This document shows, in pieces, positions 9,307-18,891 of a stretch of DNA of 64,000 nucleotides. The stretch comes from Cryomorphaceae bacterium (GTDB lineage Bacteria; Bacteroidota; Bacteroidia; Flavobacteriales; Schleiferiaceae): contig PXCF01000139.1 of assembly GCA_003566715.1 (NCBI GenBank), forward strand, positions 18,275-82,274, in the 5' to 3' direction. Each line of letters begins with the position of its first letter. Within the stretch, counting starts at the first letter, position 1. Under the pieces are notes generated by a model, which worked only from the letters and a program-made list of their open reading frames with translations, was not told the origin of the DNA and ran no database searches. A program made the translations under genes and the position numbers.

Positions 9307-10233
9307 TCAAAGCAACCCCTTACCGATCTTCTTAATCTGCTGATTTTCCTTCAATTGTGCGGTTAATTTATCGAGCACGCCGTTGATAAATACGCCCGAC
9401 TTGGAGGTACTGAATTGCTTGCTTAGTTCGATGTATTCGTTGAAGGTGACTTTGATGGGGATTTGAGAGAAGTATATCAATTCTGCCAGGGCCAGTTTCA
9501 TCAGCAATTTGTCGATAAGTGCGATGCGGTCAGCCTCCCAGTTTTTGGTTTGGCTGCCAATGATCTCCTCAAAGTAGTTGCTGTTTTGAATGGTTTTTTT
9601 CAAAAGTTGCAGGGCAAACTCGTGGTCTTCTTCGGATTTGAAAAGTTCGGGTATGGTCAAAGCGCTTTCAGAACTGTGTTTGATGAGCGCTACCACCAGC
9701 ATCTGCATGGCTTCCAGGTCTTCCGACCAATGGATGTTACGCTCCTCATATAGCTCGTGTAAAGTGTCGTTATAGGCAAAAAACTGCGTATAAATCTCTA
9801 GTACAAATGCTTTTTGGTTGTCCAATGATTGCTCGCCCGTTTTGTAAGCTTCGTATACGGGACTTTCGATGAATTTTTTGTAAACCGTAAACAGTAAGTC
9901 GCGGTCGTCGCCCCAGCGAACACTGTACTCATCGTATAGTGCATTGATGCTTTCGTCAAATCTCAACTGACGGAGAATGGGGTTGTCTACCATGGCCGTG
10001 CTGGGGTTCATGTCCTCGGCCGTGGGCATTTTTTTCTTTTTACCGCGTTCCAAGCGCTCTTCTTCAAAGCGATGAAACTCTCCGAGCGCCTTGGCTTCTA
10101 AGAGAAACAGCCCATAGATATTTCTTAGACTATCCTCCAAGGCCTGTACCGTATTGGTAAGTGAGCGCTCGGTAGCCCGTTGTCCGTAAAGCGATTGTAG
10201 CGCCTTAATGCGCAGTTGACGGCGTGTGATCAT
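9307..10233 (-). CDS. nusB: Transcription antitermination factor NusB (long Bacteroidota form)
   Basis: RRQLRIKALQSLY, NWEADRIALID, IPIKVTFNEYIELSK.FST..S..FINGVLD, K.GKGLL. Confidence 0.95.
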   Translation of the reverse strand: MITRRQLRIKALQSLYGQRATERSLTNTVQALEDSLRNIYGLFLLEAKALGEFHRFEEERLERGKKKKMPTAEDMNPSTAMVDNPILRQLRFDESINALYDEYSVRWGDDRDLLFTVYKKFIESPVYEAYKTGEQSLDNQKAFVLEIYTQFFAYNDTLHELYEERNIHWSEDLEAMQMLVVALIKHSSESALTIPELFKSEEDHEFALQLLKKTIQNSNYFEEIIGSQTKNWEADRIALIDKLLMKLALAELIYFSQIPIKVTFNEYIELSKQFSTSKSGVFINGVLDKLTAQLKENQQIKKIGKGLL

Positions 10234-10242
10234 GGTATCTGT

Positions 10243-11328
10243 TTAAACACTTGCTTTGGCCGCATCCACACGTGCTTGAGCAACTTCAAGTGCTGCTTGG
10301 TGTGTGGTGATGTTTTTGGTTTCTGCGTGGGTGAAAATTTCCAAAGTGGTATCGTATATTTTCTCGGTTCTTCTTAGTGATTCGGCGCGATCGTATTTGG
10401 CAATTTCAGAATATACGTTGATTAAACCTCCGGCGTTGATCAGGAAGTCGGGGGCATATAAAATGCTGCGCTCTGCCAATGCTTTGCCGTGAATGTTTTC
10501 GTCTTTCAATTGATTGTTGGCCGCACCGGCAATGATGCTACAGCGAAAGCGATCTAAGCTTTCATCGTTTACCGTAGCGCCTAGTGCACAGGGAGCGTAA
10601 ACGTCCACATCCGCATCCGCGTAGTGGCCTTCATAGACTTTAGCGCCATATTCGTTGACGGCCATAGCAATGCGGTCTTGGTGGATGTCTTGAATGTATA
10701 CCTCCATACCGGCCTCGGTGAGGTGTTTAACCAATGTAATTCCAACGTTGCCTATACCTTGAACAAGCACTTTACGTCCTTCTAAGTTGTCGCTGCCCCA
10801 CTTGTATTTCGCCGACGCTTTGATGCCCATATAGGTGCCGTAAGCAGTTACCGGAGAAGGGTCGCCGCTGCCTCCCATTTCCACTGGTATGCCGGTGACA
10901 TGCTTGGTTTCTTTCACTACGTGTTCGATGTCTTTGGTGGTAATCCCCACATCTTCTGCGGTGATGTATGATCCGTTCAGACGATCGACCATGCGACCAA
11001 AGGCACGCATCATGGCTTCGGTTTTTTGGGTGCGACTATCACCGATGATCACCGCTTTGCCTCCTCCGAGATTTAAGCCAGAGATGGCTGCTTTAAACGT
11101 CATTCCTCTAGACAGACGAAGGACATCGTTAAGCGCTTCCGCTTCGTTGTTGTAAGCCCACATTCTGGTGCCGCCTAAAGCAGGCCCGAGTACAGTACTG
11201 TGAACACCGATGATGGCTTTAAGGCCACTTTCTTTGTCGTGACAAAAAACGACTTGTTCGTGATCTTTAAAAGAGGGGTTTGAAAATACCAGAGGTTGAA
11301 CGTCAACGGCGGAAGTCGAATGATTCAT
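10243..11328 (-). CDS. Leucine dehydrogenase (Glu/Leu/Phe/Val dehydrogenase family)
   Basis: GPALGGTR, LSRGMTFK, GGGKAVI, TAEDVG, GDPSPVTAYG, QGIGNVG, PCALG, GAANNQL. Confidence 0.93.
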   Translation of the reverse strand: MNHSTSAVDVQPLVFSNPSFKDHEQVVFCHDKESGLKAIIGVHSTVLGPALGGTRMWAYNNEAEALNDVLRLSRGMTFKAAISGLNLGGGKAVIIGDSRTQKTEAMMRAFGRMVDRLNGSYITAEDVGITTKDIEHVVKETKHVTGIPVEMGGSGDPSPVTAYGTYMGIKASAKYKWGSDNLEGRKVLVQGIGNVGITLVKHLTEAGMEVYIQDIHQDRIAMAVNEYGAKVYEGHYADADVDVYAPCALGATVNDESLDRFRCSIIAGAANNQLKDENIHGKALAERSILYAPDFLINAGGLINVYSEIAKYDRAESLRRTEKIYDTTLEIFTHAETKNITTHQAALEVAQARVDAAKASV

Positions 11329-11415
11329 ATCAGTGCAGGTTTGTATTAGTCAAATTTAATGGCAAAAGTGGTAAAAATCTTGCTATGGCTTAAACATTAA
11401 CCGTCGGTCAGGGAT

Positions 11416-11423
11416 TACCTTTG
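11416..11423 (+). promoter_or_regulatory. -7 promoter box (TACCTTTG) for the ABC exporter
   Basis: TAnnTTTG consensus upstream of the ATG at 11508. Confidence 0.55.
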
Positions 11424-11507
11424 CGTTCAGTTTTAAATACCGCGCTAAGCCGCTGCGAAATTAACCCAAAACACCGGCTGGAGCAAACCGCTAGAGAAAA
11501 TAATCAC

Positions 11508-13283
11508 ATGCGTCACCTTTTTACGCTCAATCACTATTTCGTCAAATACAAGTGGCACCTGCTCGGTGGGATAACCTTCGTATTGATATCGGTGCTCTTC
11601 AGTGTGATACCACCGCAGTATGTACGTGAATCCTTCAATGCGGTGGAAGATGCCATAAAAGCCAATGCAAATAACGGGACGACTGGTGTGTCAAAAGATA
11701 CCCAGCGCTTGATTCTCATGTATGGCTTAATCATCATTGGGGCAGCTTTGCTAAAAGGGGTCTTTATGTTTTTTATGCGACAAACACTCATTGTTATGTC
11801 GCGGCACATCGAATATGATTTAAAAAATCAGGTTTACGAGCATTACCAAAAGCTCAGTCAGCGCTTTTACCGCGCCAACAGCACCGGCGATTTAATGAAC
11901 CGCATCAGTGAAGACGTAAGTCGCGTGAGGATGTACTTGGGGCCCGCCTTGATGTATGGTATCAATACATCCATATTGGTTATTGTGGTGATCCAGCGTA
12001 TGGTGGCCATCAATCCAACATTGACCTTATATACATTGGTGCCGTTGCCCATTTTGTCGTATTTGATTTATCGGGTCAGTCACCTCATCAACCGACGCAG
12101 TGAGCGGGTTCAGGCGCAGCTGTCGACCATCAGTACTTTTGTACAGGAAACACTTTCCGGCATTCGCGTAATCAAGGCCAACGCCAAAGAAGAATACTTA
12201 GCCGATAAATACGACGAGCAAGCAGATATTTATTTTGAAAAAAATGAGCGACTCTACCGTATAAATGCGCTCTTTGGACCTTTGATGCTCTTGCTGGTTG
12301 GCTTGTCCACCATCATCATTATTTATATCGGCGGCATGGAAGCCATCCGCGGTGAGATTACCATTGGTAACATCGCCGAGTTTATTATGTATGTCAACAT
12401 GCTCACTTGGCCAGTTGCGTCTATTGGTTGGGTGACTTCCATCGTGCAGAGAGCAGAAGCTTCGATGGAGAGACTAAACGATTTCCTCAACGAAGACCCC
12501 GATATCGTCAACCCATCACAAGAACCGTTGACGGTTAATGGTACCATTCGCTGGGACAATGTCTCCTTTACCTATTCCCACACCGGCATCAATGCGTTAA
12601 AGGATGTTAGTTTTGAGATTGAAGCTGGAAAAACACTGGCCATCATTGGGGAGACCGGATCGGGAAAGTCTACAGTTGCAGCCTTAATGACCCGTTTGTT
12701 TGATCCTACTTCCGGACAAATAATGGTGGATGGCCACACATTGCGCACGCTAAACCTCGATGCGTTTCGAGAGCAAATCAGCATCGTTCCTCAAGACGTT
12801 TTCCTTTTCTCCGACACCATTGCCAACAACATCGCTTTTGGCGTTCACGACGCTACGCCGGAAACCATCGAACAAGCAGCAGAATTGGCAGGACTGCACC
12901 AAAATGTTATGGATTTCCCCAAGGGCTATGAGACCAGGCTGGGGGAGAGGGGGGTCACCCTTTCCGGTGGACAAAAACAACGTACCGCTCTTGCCCGCGC
13001 GCTGATTAAAAATCCGAAAATCCTCATCCTCGACGATTGTTTATCCGCCGTAGATACCGAAACGGAAGAACGCATTTTGCGTAGTTTGCGTCAATATTCA
13101 AGTTCTATAACTACCATCATCATCTCCCACAGAGTATCGTCTGTCAAACATGCCGACAACATCATTGTCTTGAAAAACGGGCAAGTTACCGAAAGAGGTA
13201 ACCACGATTCACTCATGAAAAAGCAGGGATATTATGCGGATATTTATGAGAAGCAGTTAAAGGAGGAGATGAAGGTCAATTAA
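11508..13283 (+). CDS. ABC exporter, fused permease and ATP-binding domains (MdlA/MsbA-like)
   Basis: TM domain plus GETGSGKS Walker A, LSGGQKQR signature, ILILDD Walker B and ISHR. Start MRHLF at 11508. Confidence 0.93.
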   Translation: MRHLFTLNHYFVKYKWHLLGGITFVLISVLFSVIPPQYVRESFNAVEDAIKANANNGTTGVSKDTQRLILMYGLIIIGAALLKGVFMFFMRQTLIVMSRHIEYDLKNQVYEHYQKLSQRFYRANSTGDLMNRISEDVSRVRMYLGPALMYGINTSILVIVVIQRMVAINPTLTLYTLVPLPILSYLIYRVSHLINRRSERVQAQLSTISTFVQETLSGIRVIKANAKEEYLADKYDEQADIYFEKNERLYRINALFGPLMLLLVGLSTIIIIYIGGMEAIRGEITIGNIAEFIMYVNMLTWPVASIGWVTSIVQRAEASMERLNDFLNEDPDIVNPSQEPLTVNGTIRWDNVSFTYSHTGINALKDVSFEIEAGKTLAIIGETGSGKSTVAALMTRLFDPTSGQIMVDGHTLRTLNLDAFREQISIVPQDVFLFSDTIANNIAFGVHDATPETIEQAAELAGLHQNVMDFPKGYETRLGERGVTLSGGQKQRTALARALIKNPKILILDDCLSAVDTETEERILRSLRQYSSSITTIIISHRVSSVKHADNIIVLKNGQVTERGNHDSLMKKQGYYADIYEKQLKEEMKVN

Positions 13284-13346
13284 CAATACAAACAAATCTT
13301 TTTCCCATAACATCCAGCCGTACAAGTACGACTCAGCAACCAAACA

Positions 13347-14201
13347 TCAATCAATCAGCTTCTTCTGTGCTACTTGCACCACTTTATGGTTGGCTTTGTT
13401 GCGCAAGAATGTTACAATGTAGAGGTTGCTGGCTTCTAAGCCGCTGCCGAGTTGTTCACTCTTGGAATAGGTTTCAACGGCTCCTCTTGCCCAGATATTG
13501 GTGCCTATATCCTCACCAAAATGGTGGGAGAGTGACTGGCGAAACATGTAATTGTGAACATACTCCTCGTCAACATCATAGTTGGGAAGTATTTGCGGAG
13601 CGATGATGTTATTCTCAATTACAAAAACAGATAGCACCAATTCTTCGGAGTAATTTTCCAAGGCTTCAATATCGATATCTACCGAGGCGTTTCTCGAAGC
13701 GTTGTCCCACTCGGTTTTAATTCTAATGTCAAACAAAGGGTCATTATCCAATTCAGATTGAACGTGCGTGGCCCAGCCGCCGTGTTGTTTCATATGTCCG
13801 GTGCCAGTGCTGGTGTAATTTAATCGGTTTACCATCCCAACAGGAATGCCAAAAAACCTGTAGAAGTTAAAAATGGCTGTTCCTTCCGGGGTGCGCCAAT
13901 CATCAGGTAATTTACTGGTTGGGCCGGCGAAATTGTCCAGAACATGATAGCTGACGACCACTATTTTATCCCCAAAAGTGTTTTTGATTTGTGTAGACGT
14001 CACTTCGGCATTTGGACAGTTGTTGCAGCGGTGACCGGTAAACTTTTCAATCAGTACGCGCTGAACAGCCTCTTCGACTTCTCCGCCACCACCGCCGGTG
14101 TTACCACCGCCTTGCCTTACAGGCTCTTCAATGATATCACAAGAAGAAATAAGAAAGGCGCTAAACGCCAATAGAACGAGGTAGGAAAAATGCTTTTTCA
14201 T
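13347..14201 (-). CDS. Omp28-related outer membrane lipoprotein with CxxC
   Basis: LISSC lipobox, VLIEKFTGHRCNNCP, G.P..MVNR and Y.HNY.FR motifs. Start MKKHF at 14201. Confidence 0.82.
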   Translation of the reverse strand: MKKHFSYLVLLAFSAFLISSCDIIEEPVRQGGGNTGGGGGEVEEAVQRVLIEKFTGHRCNNCPNAEVTSTQIKNTFGDKIVVVSYHVLDNFAGPTSKLPDDWRTPEGTAIFNFYRFFGIPVGMVNRLNYTSTGTGHMKQHGGWATHVQSELDNDPLFDIRIKTEWDNASRNASVDIDIEALENYSEELVLSVFVIENNIIAPQILPNYDVDEEYVHNYMFRQSLSHHFGEDIGTNIWARGAVETYSKSEQLGSGLEASNLYIVTFLRNKANHKVVQVAQKKLID

Positions 14202-14255
14202 GAGTGTGATAAATTGAAGGCGTAAAATATGAACGCTGCTAAGATACAAAATTTA

Positions 14256-16196
14256 TCAATTACCACTTTTAATAAATTGCGAATATGTTTTTGATATATG
14301 TTGAAATTCAGGGTCGTGCTTGGCGAAATAGGCCGCTAGATTAGGCCTTCTCCGGGTTTCTTGGGGTTCAGACGCCCACATGAGAATGGCTTTTTCAATC
14401 AATGGGTTAAACTTGGGGTTGCCATGATCAACCGCATATACCTGACTTAAAAAACCCAAAGCTTCGTGGTGATTGTTGTCGCGTAAACGCAGTTCAGCCA
14501 TATTGAGAAGTGATGCGGTAAAGTGCGGGGAATATTCCAGCGTTTGCAAATAAAATGCCTCGGCACGCTTCAAGAAATCGTCGTGGCGATCTACACCTGG
14601 TAAACTGTTGATTAATGTCTGACGCTCTTTGGGGTTCAAGTTGTCGTTACACATGCGGAAGAAGTCCCCCATTTGTTGCAAGGTAGGTAAGTTGTGAGGG
14701 GTAATGGCTAGGGCTTCTGAAAAAGCGTCGAAGGCTTGGGGCAACTGTTTCTGCGCGAAAAATGCCAACCCTTGGTAATAATACAAACTGTTGGCAACAC
14801 GATCGAGATTGTAATACGGATTCAATGTCTTATCTACAGCATCAATGAGTTGACGAGGGTTTCGGCGTTCGTGGGCCGATATAACACTGCTCAATTGAGC
14901 ATCGCCTTGCAGTCGGTGATAACCAACGTAGGTGCTCGTCAACATCACCGCAATCATTACGTAGGCAAGGATAGAGCGTTGGTTAAGCTTGAGATTGATG
15001 CCTGGCGCATGGCGTAGAAAATACCCCGCCAAGAACAGCATCAAAAATAGATGCTCTGGTCGTTCCAGTGGAAAATCAAAAAAGCTAAATATTAGATATC
15101 CCAACCAAGCAAAAATAGCCGCTAAGTGAAAGTGAAAATGGACGGTTTCTTTGGGTTTGTAAAAAAAAGCAGCAATGGTGGTCAGCAAAAGAAATCCCCA
15201 ATATCCCAAGGCACCTATCCAGCCCGACTCCGAAAGCACCCATAGGTAGTCGTTGTGTGGACGCAGTAATTGTGTTTTTCCTTGTTCTACCGAATGGTTA
15301 ACGCCTTCCAGCCCTTGCGTGGGCAGATGAATCTTCCACATGCCCGGCCCTACGCCATGGGGGTTTTCTTGCCACATATTGACCGATTTTTGCCAAAAAG
15401 CAACTCGGTGATTCAGGTTGGTGGCATCGGCTGCCTCATTGATGTTGAGGGCGTAAAGTGCTAGTATGCTCACAGGTATACCGATGATAGGTAAGAGCAG
15501 AAGCTTGGATACGGGAAGCTCGTTTGTTTTTGCGTGAAAATAGTAAAGCATCAATACGACCGGAACAGCCGTCATAACACCAATCCAAAGCGATCGCGTT
15601 CGCAAGGCCACCACGCAAATAAGTGCGAGAATCGCGCTGATGAAAAATAGTTTTCGGAGTAGCCCATTCTGGTCGTAACGCGCGGCAAACAACAAAAAGC
15701 CACCGCCAACAAACAACAACATGGTCAGCATGTTTTTATGTCCACCCAATCCTTGAATTTTGTAGAGATTCTCGGAAAGTGAACCATCAAGTGTGTACTT
15801 AAGGAGAGGGAAAATAGCTGATAGCAAAACGATGATAAAGGCAAACCCCATCCAGCGACTCAATGTAGCTCTATCCAGCTCGTCTCTTCTCCAGAATACA
15901 GAAATAGCCAAAGCCCCAATGGATACGCCTGCATATTTCCAAAATACCGATAGCGCTTCCGGCGCATTAACTGCCTGAATGGCAAGGGGGAGTTGCCATA
16001 TCAGCCAGATGAATATACCTATCCATGCCCAACTGAAGCCACGGACTTCTTTTCTAAAGTAAAAAACAATCGCGGAAACCCCCACGGTGATGGAGAGCCA
16101 CTTAACGGCCATCGAAGGATCGGGGAAGTCGGGTGTGTACACCAACAGAATGGCAATGATGAAAACACCGATAAGTTGCGAAATTCGTTGGGGCAT
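14256..16196 (-). CDS. O-antigen ligase (Wzy_C/WaaL) family protein with C-terminal TPR region
   Basis: About 12 TM helices, GHKN, TRS.W, R...W......P.GVGPG.W, PHNDYLWVLSESG and FDFPLER, followed by helical TPR-like repeats. Confidence 0.85.
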   Translation of the reverse strand: MPQRISQLIGVFIIAILLVYTPDFPDPSMAVKWLSITVGVSAIVFYFRKEVRGFSWAWIGIFIWLIWQLPLAIQAVNAPEALSVFWKYAGVSIGALAISVFWRRDELDRATLSRWMGFAFIIVLLSAIFPLLKYTLDGSLSENLYKIQGLGGHKNMLTMLLFVGGGFLLFAARYDQNGLLRKLFFISAILALICVVALRTRSLWIGVMTAVPVVLMLYYFHAKTNELPVSKLLLLPIIGIPVSILALYALNINEAADATNLNHRVAFWQKSVNMWQENPHGVGPGMWKIHLPTQGLEGVNHSVEQGKTQLLRPHNDYLWVLSESGWIGALGYWGFLLLTTIAAFFYKPKETVHFHFHLAAIFAWLGYLIFSFFDFPLERPEHLFLMLFLAGYFLRHAPGINLKLNQRSILAYVMIAVMLTSTYVGYHRLQGDAQLSSVISAHERRNPRQLIDAVDKTLNPYYNLDRVANSLYYYQGLAFFAQKQLPQAFDAFSEALAITPHNLPTLQQMGDFFRMCNDNLNPKERQTLINSLPGVDRHDDFLKRAEAFYLQTLEYSPHFTASLLNMAELRLRDNNHHEALGFLSQVYAVDHGNPKFNPLIEKAILMWASEPQETRRRPNLAAYFAKHDPEFQHISKTYSQFIKSGN

Positions 16197-16207
16197 GACA
16201 AACGATG

Positions 16208-17002
16208 TTAAGAGCTTAAATCACCGGCCATTTCTACCAGTTCGGCCAAGTCAAGTACTTTGATGCTGCCTTCTTTTTCTTTGTTTTTTACGCCATCGCT
16301 CATCATGGTATTGCAAAACGGACAAGCGGAGGCAATGATTTCCGGCTCGGTTTCCAATGCTTCTTCCGTGCGCTCGATGTTGATGTCTTTATTGCCCTTT
16401 TCCGGTTCTTTAAACATTTGAGCACCGCCTGCGCCACAGCATAGGCCTTTGGATTTACAGCGACGCATCTCTACAAACTCTGCTTCGATGGTCTCGATGA
16501 GTTTGCGCGGTGCTTCGTATTCGCCATTGGCGCGACCGAGGTAACAGGGGTCATGAAATGTGATGCGTTTTCCTTTGAGTTTACCGCCTTCAATTTTCAA
16601 CTTACCGGATTCTAAAAGATCTTTTAGGTACTGTGTGTGGTGCATCACCTCGTAGTTGCCTCCCAGTGCGGGGTATTCGTTCTTTAGGGTGTTAAAACAA
16701 TGCGGACAGGTGGTGACAATTTTTTTGATTTCGTAGCCATTGAGCACTTCAATATTGGTCATGGCTTGCATTTGAAAGAGAAATTCATTGCCAGCGCGTT
16801 TGGCCGGGTCGCCGGTGCAGCTCTCCTCTTTTCCAAGTATGGCTACATTGACACCGGCTTGCAATAATATGCGGGCAAAGGCTTTAGTGATTTTTTTGGC
16901 ACGGTCGTCAAAACTTCCGGCACATCCCACCCAAAATAATACATCGGGTTGTTTGCCTTGGGCCATTAAATCGGCCATGCTGGGTATGGATTGTTGACTC
17001 AT
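16208..17002 (-). CDS. (Fe-S)-binding protein with two CCG domains (C-terminal half of a split FadF/HdrD-like oxidoreductase)
   Basis: FWVGC, ESCTGD, TCPHC, FHDPCYLGR, CCGAGG, ACPFC. Confidence 0.9.
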   Translation of the reverse strand: MSQQSIPSMADLMAQGKQPDVLFWVGCAGSFDDRAKKITKAFARILLQAGVNVAILGKEESCTGDPAKRAGNEFLFQMQAMTNIEVLNGYEIKKIVTTCPHCFNTLKNEYPALGGNYEVMHHTQYLKDLLESGKLKIEGGKLKGKRITFHDPCYLGRANGEYEAPRKLIETIEAEFVEMRRCKSKGLCCGAGGAQMFKEPEKGNKDINIERTEEALETEPEIIASACPFCNTMMSDGVKNKEKEGSIKVLDLAELVEMAGDLSS

Positions 17003-17012
17003 TCTAATTGTT

Positions 17013-17570
17013 TTAAGGCTTTTTATAAAAGGTTCCGTCTTTTTTTAACACGGTAAAACGTCGGTTCTGTTGGGGCTGAAAAACAAACATCTCGATGCCG
17101 TCTGAAGGGCGCTCACCGATAATGACGTCTGTGAGCGTATCATTTCCCGCTACAAATTCAGGCAAAATAGTGGTGAATTCTCCGGGGTTAATCATACCGT
17201 TGAAAATATCAATGGCCCAGCGAACGTTGCCCTCGAGATCTCTCATTGTCATTTTATCACCATCTTCAAACCCACGGGATTGCAGGGTTAAATTAAACGT
17301 TTCGTTGCCTGAAGTGTGAATCATTGTCACCAATTGACTGGTGGATTCAACACCTTCGCCATCGTCGCCAATGGGGACGATGTTGTGGATGTAGGCGCCA
17401 AAAGACAAGTAGATGGTGTCGTTTACATCGTTGATGTTGATATACGGAGCTTGACTTATAGAATCCGGCATCAACGCACGAGATTGGGTAACGATGGGCC
17501 ATATCGTTTCTTCTCTTGCGCAATTGGCAAACAAGAAAGAGACGATTAAAGTAATCATGAGCTTTTGCAT
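17013..17570 (-). CDS. Hypothetical lipoprotein
   Basis: MQKLMITLIVSFLFAN-C lipobox; sits between the Fe-S genes with 5- and 10-bp gaps. Confidence 0.75.
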   Translation of the reverse strand: MQKLMITLIVSFLFANCAREETIWPIVTQSRALMPDSISQAPYININDVNDTIYLSFGAYIHNIVPIGDDGEGVESTSQLVTMIHTSGNETFNLTLQSRGFEDGDKMTMRDLEGNVRWAIDIFNGMINPGEFTTILPEFVAGNDTLTDVIIGERPSDGIEMFVFQPQQNRRFTVLKKDGTFYKKP

Positions 17571-17575
17571 ATCGA

Positions 17576-18889
17576 TTACAATTCAGAGGCCCAGTTGGCA
17601 CGATCGTCTTGAGGGAATTGCCAAGGCGCTCCGTTGTTTTCAACATTGGTCATCATTAGGTTGAGCTCTTGGGCAGCACTGGACTCTTCCATCACCATGT
17701 ACTGGCGCATTTTCATGATAATATCAAGTGGGTCAATCTGTACCGGACAGGCTTCCACACAAGCGTTGCAAGTGGTACATGCCCAAAGTTCTTCGCGACT
17801 GATATGGTCGTCAAGTAGGGACTTGCCGTCGTCTTGAAATGAGCCTTTATTGGCATCGATGTTGGCTCCAACAATTTCCGCGCGATCGCGCACATCCATC
17901 ATGATTTTCCTTGGTGAAAGCTTTTTTCCGGTTTGATTGGCCGGACATTCCGCCGTACAGCGACCACATTCGGTACACGCATAGGCGTTCATGATATTGA
18001 TCCAGTCTAAGTCCATGACGTCTTTGGCGCCAAATCGCTCGGGCTCTGCCTGTCCTTCCGCAGGTGCCGCGTAGGGGTCGGCATTGGGGTCCATCATCAT
18101 TTTCACCTCTTTGGTAACGGTTTCGTTGTTGGCAAACTTCCCCTTGGGATTCAAATTGGCATACCACGTATTGGGAAAGGCCAATATGATGTGAAAGTGC
18201 TTGGAAAATGGCAGGTAATTGAGGAAGGCAAGTATCCCTATGATGTGTGTCCACCAGAAAATTCTTTCGGCGGTGTGTAGTCCTTCCTGACTCATGCCGG
18301 AAAAGAAACTCGCCAAGTATTGACTTACAATGTAAGGGCCGGCAACAGCCGCTTCCATATTGGCTTCCGAGGCATTCATAAGTAATAGGGCAAACATCAA
18401 AACGATTTCAATAACGAGGATGTAGTTGCCGTCTTTGGTTGGCCATCCTTTCATTTCATCCTTGTGAAAACGCGGTAAGCGCTGCACGTTTCTTCGCCAC
18501 AAAAACACCACACAGGCAACGATGACCAAAACGGCCAATACTTCGAAGAAGTTAATGGCCGAGGTATAAACAGCTCCTAAGGGTGATGCCAAAATGCGGT
18601 GGGTACCAAAAATTCCGTCGATGAGGATTTCTAAAACCTCAATATTGATGAGAACAAAACCAACATAGATTAGGATATGAAAAAATCCAGCAATGGGGCG
18701 TTTCACCATTTTACTTTGTCCAAAGGCGACCAAGCCCATGTTTTTCCAGCGTTCACTTTTGTTGTTGGTTCGATTCACATCCTTGCCCAGCATGATGTTG
18801 CGGCGAATTTTACCCACATTTTTGGCAAATATGGCGATGGCAACAACCAATGCTGCTAGGAAAATGATGTTTGCAATTCCGAAACTCAT
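17576..18889 (-). CDS. Membrane (Fe-S)-binding oxidoreductase (NarI-like TM region plus 4Fe-4S dicluster; FadF N-terminal half)
   Basis: TM helices with conserved His (FFHIL, WWTH, SKHFH); CTECGRCTAECP and CTTCNACVEACP. Confidence 0.9.
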   Translation of the reverse strand: MSFGIANIIFLAALVVAIAIFAKNVGKIRRNIMLGKDVNRTNNKSERWKNMGLVAFGQSKMVKRPIAGFFHILIYVGFVLINIEVLEILIDGIFGTHRILASPLGAVYTSAINFFEVLAVLVIVACVVFLWRRNVQRLPRFHKDEMKGWPTKDGNYILVIEIVLMFALLLMNASEANMEAAVAGPYIVSQYLASFFSGMSQEGLHTAERIFWWTHIIGILAFLNYLPFSKHFHIILAFPNTWYANLNPKGKFANNETVTKEVKMMMDPNADPYAAPAEGQAEPERFGAKDVMDLDWINIMNAYACTECGRCTAECPANQTGKKLSPRKIMMDVRDRAEIVGANIDANKGSFQDDGKSLLDDHISREELWACTTCNACVEACPVQIDPLDIIMKMRQYMVMEESSAAQELNLMMTNVENNGAPWQFPQDDRANWASEL

Positions 18890-18891
18890 GG

